A stretch of 64,000 nt of DNA from Nitrosopumilaceae archaeon (GTDB lineage: Archaea > Thermoproteota > Nitrososphaeria > Nitrososphaerales > Nitrosopumilaceae): positions 1 to 64,000 of the forward strand of contig OZ242274.1 of NCBI GenBank assembly GCA_965207375.1, given 5' to 3'. The notes beneath the pieces are model-generated. The model was not told where the DNA came from and made no database searches. It was given only the letters and a program-made list of their open reading frames with translations. A program made the position numbers and the translations under genes. Positions 56,428 through 64,000 of the stretch are shown here, in pieces. Position 1 is the first letter of the stretch, and the number at the start of each line of letters is the position of its first letter.

Positions 56428-57857
56428 TTCTTGAAGAATCCAAATAGTCCCTGTTTCTTTTTAGGTTTTTCGTTCTTGTCATCATTGTCTGATTTTCCGT
56501 CAGGTTTTGGCTTTTCATTTTTTATCCATTCTCTGATTGCGTTTGCCATTTTTACCGCATCTTCATCAGATTCAGGTGTAGGTATATCGTACAAATCAGC
56601 ATATTTTGCAATATCTGCATCACTAATTCCTTCAAAAGGATCGTCAGATTTGGTTTGGAATGTTTTGTCTTGTTGCTTTTCTTGTTGTTTCCCTGATTCT
56701 ATTTTCTCAGGTTCAGAGATGTCTTGTGTAGTCTCGGGTGTGTCTTGTGTAGTCTCGGGTGTGTCTTGTGTAGTCTCGGGTGTGTCTTGTGTAGTCTCGG
56801 GTGTGTCTTGTGTAGTCTCGGGTGTGTCTTGTGTAGTCTCGGGTGTGTCTTGTGTAGTCTCGGGTGTGTCTTGTGTAGTCTCGGGTGTGTCTTGTGTAGT
56901 CTCGGGTGTGTCTTGTGTAGTCTCGGGTGTCTGGGTCAGATCAACGTCGTCGATATTACCAAATACGTTTTTCAAAAAGAGTTCCTTGTCAAAAGTTCTC
57001 AGATCGTCGTATTGCTGACCAACACCTACAAACATTACAGGCGTTTTGGTAAGCGTCACAACTGATAGTACAGCACCGCCACGTGCATCAGCATCACTTT
57101 TTGTAAGAATCGCACCGTCGAATTTAGTATGTTCATAGAATTGTTTTGCCTGATTAACAGTATCGTTTCCTGCCAAAGAATCCCCTACAAAAATTTTCAA
57201 ATGTGGTTTTACAACTTTGGTGATTTTTTCAATTTGTTCCATTAAATTTTTGCTAGTCTGCATTCGTCCAGCAGTATCAATTAAAACACAATCAATCTTG
57301 TGTGATTTTGCATACAAGACAGCATCCCTAGATACGGCCGCAGGATCAGAGCCATAATTTTGAGCAATAATTTTTAGATTTAATCGCTTGGTGTGTTCCT
57401 TTAATTGTTCAATGGCACCTGCTCTAAATGTATCAGCAGCAGCTACTACTATAGAATATTTTGATTTTTGTAAAAGATGTGCCATTTTGGCAAGACTAGT
57501 AGTTTTACCGGTTCCATTAATTCCAACAAATAACACAATGTACGGTTCGTTTTTTTCCTTAAAACTGTCAATGTTTGCAAAAAGATCCACCTTGCCTGCA
57601 TCATCAATTAATGTAGAGACAGATCGGATAAGACGATTACGGATAAATGTCTCTATCGTATTTTTGTCCACTCTAGTACCAATCAATTCAGATTTGAGAT
57701 CATCTTTGATTGTATCTGCTACCTCAACAGCTACATCTGATTCTAAAAGTGCAATTTCTAATTCAAATAAAATATCCTCAATATCTTTTTCTTTGAGTTC
57801 TTTTTCTGCAAAACTTTTTGATGCGTTTGAAAATGCACTTTTAAGTTTATCAAACAT
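56424..57857 (-). CDS. ftsY: SRP receptor FtsY with a repeat-containing C-terminal extension
   Basis: GINGTGKTT, DTFRAGA, DTAGR, TKSDADARGG. Confidence 0.95.
   Translation of the reverse strand: MFDKLKSAFSNASKSFAEKELKEKDIEDILFELEIALLESDVAVEVADTIKDDLKSELIGTRVDKNTIETFIRNRLIRSVSTLIDDAGKVDLFANIDSFKEKNEPYIVLFVGINGTGKTTSLAKMAHLLQKSKYSIVVAAADTFRAGAIEQLKEHTKRLNLKIIAQNYGSDPAAVSRDAVLYAKSHKIDCVLIDTAGRMQTSKNLMEQIEKITKVVKPHLKIFVGDSLAGNDTVNQAKQFYEHTKFDGAILTKSDADARGGAVLSVVTLTKTPVMFVGVGQQYDDLRTFDKELFLKNVFGNIDDVDLTQTPETTQDTPETTQDTPETTQDTPETTQDTPETTQDTPETTQDTPETTQDTPETTQDTPETTQDTPETTQDISEPEKIESGKQQEKQQDKTFQTKSDDPFEGISDADIAKYADLYDIPTPESDEDAVKMANAIREWIKNEKPKPDGKSDNDDKNEKPKKKQGLFGFFKK
56721..56930. repeat. 10 x 21-bp perfect tandem repeat encoding TPETTQD
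   Basis: Unit GTCTTGTGTAGTCTCGGGTGT over 210 bp. Confidence 0.97.
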
Positions 57858-57869
57858 TATACGTTGTCC

Positions 57870-58289
57870 TCACCGAGGAGATGCGTTAGATTGGACAAGT
57901 TTGTTTGCTTCTTGTGTGGTCTGTTCAAGTCTTCTCATAGCTTCTTGTCTCTTTGCACTTGTATCTTGTATAGAGATTTCAATTTCCTTTATTCGAGATT
58001 CAAGAAAAGTCAATGCAGATTCCCTATCTTTTTCCATTACAACACCTGCGCCAATATTTAAAACAATTTTTTGTTGAGAGGATACCTTTGCTTTGACAAA
58101 AACGCCCATACCAACGGGCATTAGAGTATCAGAGTTGTCTTTTTCTCCGAAACTTTTAACTGCATCAATGGCCGAATATGCTTCTTTTAGAACTGTAAGT
58201 AATGTAGATTCACGTTGATGCAAATCACCAACAAAATTCTCCAACATTTGTATCTGTCTCATGAATTGTTGGGTTTGTTCTTGACTCAT
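57870..58289 (-). CDS. pfdA: Prefoldin alpha subunit
   Basis: LMPVGMGVFVKA...VLNIGAGVVMEK; likely start MSQEQ. Confidence 0.92.
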   Translation of the reverse strand: MSQEQTQQFMRQIQMLENFVGDLHQRESTLLTVLKEAYSAIDAVKSFGEKDNSDTLMPVGMGVFVKAKVSSQQKIVLNIGAGVVMEKDRESALTFLESRIKEIEISIQDTSAKRQEAMRRLEQTTQEANKLVQSNASPR

Positions 58290-58659
58290 AACAAAAGACT
58301 CATAGACGGTTATAAATACACTAAGAGATTCCAAAAATCGTTTTGAATAGAGTAATGGCACAAATCATGAAAGCAAAATCCAAATAAACCACATTCAAAA
58401 TTCTCTGTACAACAAGTCAAAACAGCACCTATTCATTTGGCGGCATACAGCAAGCAGTGTTATCTAAATTATGTATAGTACTTGGTAGCGTTAAAGTTGT
58501 GACACTAGACACGGAATTTACCGTCAAAAAATAGAACAAAAATCACAAAAGTAACGTTAACATTTTTGATAAATACAATTGAAAAGACTCGTACATCCTT
58601 TCTAATTATAACATGCCAATTTTGGCACAATACAGAATAAAAAAATAAAGAATGAAACT

Positions 58660-59280
58660 TTATTGTACTTTAGAAAGTCTGTTGTTGACCTCGTCCCAAT
58701 TGACGACATTCCACCAAGCTTCTATGTAAACAGGTCGTTTGTTTTGATACTTTAGATAGTATGCATGTTCCCAAACATCACATCCAAGCAACGGCACTAA
58801 TCCTTTGGTTCTAGGACTTGTTTGATTAGGCATTGTCTGAAATTCTACCTTAGAAGTGGATGGATTGTACACTAGCCATCCCCATCCGCTGCCTTGAATA
58901 ACGGCAGTAGCAGATGAGAATTTTTCCTTAAATTCGGCAAAACTTCCAAATGAAGCATTAATTGCATCTGCAACAGCTCCTCCTGGTTCTCCACCGCCAT
59001 TTGGTCTCATATTTTTCCAGAACAATCCATGATTGTCAAATCCGCCACCATTGAAGTTGATTGCGCCCCTTTGATCCTCAGGAACCTGATTCAAATCAGA
59101 CAGAATTTCTACAATGTCCTTGTTTTGAATGTCCTCAGGACATTTTTCAAGGGCAGCATTTAGCTTGTCAGTATATGTCTGATGATGCTTGGAATGATGT
59201 ATTTCCATGGTTTGTGCATCTAGGTGTGGTTCTAATGCATCATATGCATAGGGTAATTCTGGAAGTGTGTATTTTCCCAT
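58660..59280 (-). CDS. sod: Fe/Mn superoxide dismutase
   Basis: LPYAYDALEP, HHSKHH, DVWEHAYY. Confidence 0.97.
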   Translation of the reverse strand: MGKYTLPELPYAYDALEPHLDAQTMEIHHSKHHQTYTDKLNAALEKCPEDIQNKDIVEILSDLNQVPEDQRGAINFNGGGFDNHGLFWKNMRPNGGGEPGGAVADAINASFGSFAEFKEKFSSATAVIQGSGWGWLVYNPSTSKVEFQTMPNQTSPRTKGLVPLLGCDVWEHAYYLKYQNKRPVYIEAWWNVVNWDEVNNRLSKVQ

Positions 59281-59353
59281 GTTTTAAAATTCAGCTTAGG
59301 CCATTTATTGGTTTAGGCAATTAGTTTTTACTAGAATAATCAAGACTAAAAAC

Positions 59354-61423
59354 ATGAATAGTATTAAAATTATTTTCCTTGCCTCAACAATGATACTAGC
59401 TGGCATTTTGCTGTCGAATCTAGATTTGGAATCAGATGTAAAACTATTGTTAGATAAAAGTGGACCGTACATAGGTGCAGATTTTGCACAAAACCTAGGA
59501 TACACAGGAAAGGGAATAGTAATTGCAGTAATTGATACAGGTGTTGATTTTTCCCATCCTGATCTTGACAACTATTTAGAAAATGGAACAATCATCGGAG
59601 GATATAATTTTGTAAGTAAAGGCAGGCCTCCAAATGACACAAACGGACACGGAACACAGGTTGCAGGTATAATTGCAGCACAAGGAGGCACGTTTGGAAT
59701 TGCACCAGATGCAAAAATCCTAGCATATAAGGTATCAGATAATGGAGAATCAGTATCATCTGATCTAATTGTAAAGGCCATAAACAAGGCAGTTGAAGAC
59801 AAGGTAGACATCATAAACATAAGCCTAGGGGTAAACAAGACAAATTCAAAAATTGACTCTGCTGTAAATGAAGCAACAAAGAGCGGAGTTTTTGTGGTAG
59901 TTGCTGCAGGAAATGACGGACCTAAACGAGATACAATTGGTAGTCCCGGCAGGAATCCAAATGCAATTACGGTAGGTGCTACATACAACAACATCACATC
60001 TAGTTTAGTTGCTACATTTGAAATCAACCAAATACAGTATCAGGTAATTCCCATGCTAGGTGTTGATTCAATATCACAGCCCATTGTGGCAAAAATCATC
60101 GATGGAAAATATGGCAGAGCGTATGATTTTGATACAATTAATGCAACAGGTGCCATATTTCTGATGGAGCGTGGAAGTGATAAAGAAGGTGAAATAGTAT
60201 ACTTTGCAGAAAAAGAATCAAACTCGGCAGATGTAGGAGCTGCGGCAGTCATTGTGTTTAACAACGAACCAGGATTGTATCTAGGAGACGTTTCAGAAAG
60301 TTTCACAATTGAAAATTACAAGCCAAGAATACCCATTGTTTCACTATCACAAAAGGAGGGTCTAGAGATAAAGGAGATGTTAGATGATGAGCCTGAGGGA
60401 ATTCTAAATGTGTTTTATAATCCAGATTATGTTGCATTTTTTAGTTCAAGAGGCCCTGCCTCACCGTTTTACATAAAGCCAGACTTGGTGGCCCCTGGTG
60501 CATTTGTAAACTCTACAGACATCAACAGGACATACAATTTTTCTAGTGGAACAAGCTTTGCCACACCACATGTATCAGGTGCAGCAGCGATACTATTAGA
60601 AAAATATCCAAACTTGCAACCAAGCGAATTAAAGTCAATTTTGACAACTACTGCAGTGCCTGTTACAGACGCATATGGAAACGATTTTACAGTTGCAGAC
60701 GCAGGCTCTGGAAGATTGGATTTGAAAAATGCATTTAATGCAAAGATCATCATAGAACCAACATTTGCAATAATGACATTTTCCCCCGTAGAAAAAATAC
60801 ACAATCATAAAATAAATTTAAACAGTATCGAGGGTCAGACGATAAAAAACATTGTAGTAAAAGTTACAGCGCCTGAAAATATCAAAATTGAACACAGATT
60901 GGATGATGGCATACTTGACGTCTGGGCAGAAATGTTAACGGTACAAAATGGACAAAGTGAGGGCAAAATAATCATTAAACATGACGGTACAGAATATAAG
61001 ATTCCGATGATTTTCAGATATGTAAAAGGATCCATAGATACAAGCCACACACAGGGAATGATGAATTTCGAAATTATCGAGCCCAAAGATTGGAAGTATG
61101 CCAAGGTGTCTGTAATCAACAAAGAAACCGGCGAATTTTTTACCACATCAATTACTCCAAAACGCGATTCAACAATAAAGGTGACAGAATCAGGACAGTA
61201 CTGGATAGAGGCAAGCATTGATGTAAACGACACAACATACTATGCATATGACACAACACATGTTCAAGGGGCCACCTCAGACGGTGCAAATACATTTACT
61301 GAGCTAAAAATTTCTCAAAGACCAATCTACATAGCAGTTGCAATAACTGCGATAATTGCAGTTGTTGGGATCATACTGCTAATCAAAAATCGCACAGTTA
61401 GGACTTTGGACCCGCATTTATGA
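59354..61423 (+). CDS. S8 subtilisin-like (Vpr-type) protease with PA domain and C-terminal TM helix
   Basis: VIDTGVD, GHGTQVAG, AAGNDG, SGTSFATPHVSG. Confidence 0.93.
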   Translation: MNSIKIIFLASTMILAGILLSNLDLESDVKLLLDKSGPYIGADFAQNLGYTGKGIVIAVIDTGVDFSHPDLDNYLENGTIIGGYNFVSKGRPPNDTNGHGTQVAGIIAAQGGTFGIAPDAKILAYKVSDNGESVSSDLIVKAINKAVEDKVDIINISLGVNKTNSKIDSAVNEATKSGVFVVVAAGNDGPKRDTIGSPGRNPNAITVGATYNNITSSLVATFEINQIQYQVIPMLGVDSISQPIVAKIIDGKYGRAYDFDTINATGAIFLMERGSDKEGEIVYFAEKESNSADVGAAAVIVFNNEPGLYLGDVSESFTIENYKPRIPIVSLSQKEGLEIKEMLDDEPEGILNVFYNPDYVAFFSSRGPASPFYIKPDLVAPGAFVNSTDINRTYNFSSGTSFATPHVSGAAAILLEKYPNLQPSELKSILTTTAVPVTDAYGNDFTVADAGSGRLDLKNAFNAKIIIEPTFAIMTFSPVEKIHNHKINLNSIEGQTIKNIVVKVTAPENIKIEHRLDDGILDVWAEMLTVQNGQSEGKIIIKHDGTEYKIPMIFRYVKGSIDTSHTQGMMNFEIIEPKDWKYAKVSVINKETGEFFTTSITPKRDSTIKVTESGQYWIEASIDVNDTTYYAYDTTHVQGATSDGANTFTELKISQRPIYIAVAITAIIAVVGIILLIKNRTVRTLDPHL

Positions 61424-62999
61424 TTTCAGAGTCCGTATTTTCAAATTTTGCAAAATTCTCTGTAAACATCTGTGCCAACTTTTTGGCAGACATATCATAG
61501 GAATCACTATCATTCCAGGTGTTTTTTGGATCAAGTATTTCAGAGGGCACCTCCGGACATTGGGATGGAATATCTAAATTAAACAGCTTGTTGTGTTCAA
61601 ATTTTACTGTATCTAGTGCGCCAGTTAATGCAGCAGTAACCATTGCCCTGCTGTACTGAAGCTTTATTCGTTTGCCAACTCCGTATGGACCTCCTGACCA
61701 GCCGGTGTTTATCAGATAAACAACTGTATTGTGTTGTTTGATTTTTTGTCCAAGCAATTTTGCATAAACGGATGCAGGTCGCGGCATAAATGGTGCTCCA
61801 AAACACTCTGAAAATACAGGCTTTGGCTCTTTGATTCCCCTTTCGGTACCTGCCAACTTGCTTGTATAACCGGACATAAAGTGAAACATTGCACCTTCCT
61901 TGGTCAGTCTAGATATAGGAGGCAAAACACCATATGCATCTGCAGTTAAAAAGACAATAACTCTAGGATGACTGCCAATGCTTGGAAAAACAGCGCCTGG
62001 AATGTAATCTAGCGGATATGCAGCCCTTGTGTTTTCAGTTAATCCGTTATTATCAAAATCAGGTCGCAGTGTTTGTTTATCAATTACAACATTTTCAAGA
62101 ACTGCGCCAGACTTTATTGCATTCCAAATTTGAGGTTCTGATTCCTCTGTCAGGTTAATGCATTTTGCATAACATCCTCCTTCAAAATTAAAGATGCCAT
62201 TATCAGACCAGCCGTGCTCATCATCTCCAATAAGCATCCTGTTTTCGTCTGCAGACAAGGTGGTTTTACCCGTACCTGACAATCCAAAAAACAGTGCAGT
62301 GTCGCCGTTTTTTCCAATATTGGCAGAACAATGCATTGGAAAGATATCTTTTGAGGGAAGTAAAAAGTTCATTACGGCAAACATGGATTTTTTCATTTCA
62401 CCTGCATATTTAGTACCTCCAATCAGTACAAGCTTTCTTGTCAGGTCGATTAAAATGAAGACGTTGCTTTTGGTTCCATCAACTTCTGGAATTGATTCAA
62501 AGTCATTGATACACATTACGGTAAATTCGGGTTGGTGGTGTTCCAAATCCTGGGTGGTGGGCCTGATGAACAACTGTCTGGCAAAAAGACTTTGCCAAGC
62601 ATGATCGTTTATCACCCTGATTGCCAGTTGATTCTCCTTGTCGGCACCAACAAATCCGTCAAAGGCGTAAAGCTCCTTTCCTTCAACGAATTTTTTCATC
62701 TTTTCAAAAATTTGCATAAACTTGTCAGGCATAAACCGGTGATTGATTTTTCCCCAGTCAACGGTTTGCTTGGTGGTATCATCATAAACAATGTATCTGT
62801 CATCAGGGGAACGACCCGTGTATTTTCCAGTTTTTACAGACAGCGAACCTGTAATAGTTACGATACCGTCATTTTGTCTAACGGAGGCATCAACTAGTTC
62901 CTTAGGACTAAGATTGCGATGTATCTTTGAGGGTTTGATTCCAAGGCTTTCAATTTGGGAAACAAACCTGCCGGTAACTGATGGTGTGCTATCAGTCAT
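61398..62999 (-). CDS. pckA: Phosphoenolpyruvate carboxykinase (ATP)
   Basis: YTGRSP, YAGEMKK, GLSGTGKTTLS, IGDDEHGW, FEGGCYAK. Confidence 0.96.
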   Translation of the reverse strand: MTDSTPSVTGRFVSQIESLGIKPSKIHRNLSPKELVDASVRQNDGIVTITGSLSVKTGKYTGRSPDDRYIVYDDTTKQTVDWGKINHRFMPDKFMQIFEKMKKFVEGKELYAFDGFVGADKENQLAIRVINDHAWQSLFARQLFIRPTTQDLEHHQPEFTVMCINDFESIPEVDGTKSNVFILIDLTRKLVLIGGTKYAGEMKKSMFAVMNFLLPSKDIFPMHCSANIGKNGDTALFFGLSGTGKTTLSADENRMLIGDDEHGWSDNGIFNFEGGCYAKCINLTEESEPQIWNAIKSGAVLENVVIDKQTLRPDFDNNGLTENTRAAYPLDYIPGAVFPSIGSHPRVIVFLTADAYGVLPPISRLTKEGAMFHFMSGYTSKLAGTERGIKEPKPVFSECFGAPFMPRPASVYAKLLGQKIKQHNTVVYLINTGWSGGPYGVGKRIKLQYSRAMVTAALTGALDTVKFEHNKLFNLDIPSQCPEVPSEILDPKNTWNDSDSYDMSAKKLAQMFTENFAKFENTDSEIINAGPKS

Positions 63000-63152
63000 A
63001 TATGATACTCCCAACGATCACTAAAAACTCAAAGTTAGTCATGTGATAAATCGATCCCCCTAAAATTTCCTTATTATCTCTTTTGCTCCAAAAAATTTGA
63101 AAATGCATTCATTAGAGGAACCTATTTATTCCAAAATTCGAGATTTCTTTGC

Positions 63153-63557
63153 ATGCCGATCAACAAAGAGGCACTTGAAAAAAGAGCCGAGATTGCCTCC
63201 TCAAGGCCAGACTTTGTAAGACAGGAAAGCTGGAGATATGCAAAACTAGACACTGCATGGAGAAAACCAAAGGGAAAGGACAACCACCAAAGAAAGCAAA
63301 AAAGTCGTGGCCGTCCTGGATTGGTCAAGGTGGGTTATGGCGGGCCAAAGATTGCAAAAAAATTACATCCTTCAGGTTATACGGATAATTTAGTGTATAC
63401 TATTGATGATTTACAAAAATTAGATCCTAAAAAGGACGGAATACGATTAGGTCACAGTGTTGGAACTAAAAAAAGAAAAGAGATTGTTTTACAGGCAATT
63501 GAAATGAAGTTTAAGATATTTAATGCGAGAGTGTCAGTGGATGCCAATAAATCTTAA
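63153..63557 (+). CDS. rpl32e: 50S ribosomal protein eL32
   Basis: FVRQESWRY..L...WRKPKG, LHPSG. Confidence 0.95.
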   Translation: MPINKEALEKRAEIASSRPDFVRQESWRYAKLDTAWRKPKGKDNHQRKQKSRGRPGLVKVGYGGPKIAKKLHPSGYTDNLVYTIDDLQKLDPKKDGIRLGHSVGTKKRKEIVLQAIEMKFKIFNARVSVDANKS

Positions 63558-63996
63558 AGCAAAAAAGAGACTCGTCTCAAGGGTTACAGGTGTAGGAGTA
63601 CACAGGATTAAATTTGATTCAGATAAACTAGAGGACATTGCAGATGCAATTACACGTCAAAACATTAGGAGTCTTATTACCGCAAATACGATTTCATTTA
63701 GACCAATCAAGGGAACCTCAAGAGGAAGGGCCCAGCACAAAAAAGATCAAAAACGAAAAAGAGGAACTAAACAGGGATCAAAACAGGGACGTAAGGGTGC
63801 ACGTGTGGGAAAGAAAACAGTCTATGTGGCAAAAATCAGGTCGTTACGATACATACTAAAGGTTGTAAAAGATCGAAAAGAGATAACTAACAAGGAATTT
63901 TGGGCACTGTACAAAAAGGTAGGCGGAAATGCCGTAAGAAACAAGGCCCACCTGCGAACACTAATTGAAGAAGTAAAGACAGACAGAAAGGATTAG
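63541..63996 (+). CDS. rpl19e: 50S ribosomal protein eL19
   Basis: NLKAKKRL, AITRQNIR.LI, GTSRGR, GS.QG.KGAR. Confidence 0.95.
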   Translation: MPINLKAKKRLVSRVTGVGVHRIKFDSDKLEDIADAITRQNIRSLITANTISFRPIKGTSRGRAQHKKDQKRKRGTKQGSKQGRKGARVGKKTVYVAKIRSLRYILKVVKDRKEITNKEFWALYKKVGGNAVRNKAHLRTLIEEVKTDRKD

Positions 63997-64000
63997 AATC

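Noticed and set aside
56431-57065. Cys-rich repeat ORFs (CSLGCVL and VSCVVSG repeats) on the plus strand
   Set aside because: Antisense shadows of the FtsY 21-bp repeat.
54998-63996. rpl32e-rpl19e separated from and inverted relative to rpl18-rps5
   Set aside because: As recalled, this is the normal Nitrosopumilaceae arrangement; no breakpoint repeats seen.

Overview
AT-rich archaeal chromosome window from a Nitrososphaerota (thaumarchaeal) genome of the Nitrosopumilaceae type. The assignment rests on the protein sequences and gene order. The backbone is housekeeping: exosome operon, rpo3-rpl18e-rpl13-rps9, two leuCD-like pairs, cofE, 2-oxoacid:ferredoxin oxidoreductase, rpl18-rps5-rpl30-rpl15-secY-adk-cmk-cbf5, argF, ftsY, sod, pckA, rpl32e/rpl19e, and three tRNAs (Glu-CTC, Gly-GCC, intron-containing Ser-GGA). 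Many small accessory insertions interrupt it: a relBE-type toxin-antitoxin pair, an intact IS110, a decayed IS110, an intact ISH3-family IS that splits a gene, several MITE-like elements, transposase and type III methyltransferase relics, and a secreted S1 protease beside a membrane-anchored HTH regulator. The most striking signal is the intact IS110 (about 12380-13780). Its upstream non-coding region folds by eye into a bridge-RNA-like structure with two internal loops whose guide-like segments match this copy's own flanking target and its own donor ends around a TC core. All calls were made by eye; no searches or folding programs were run.
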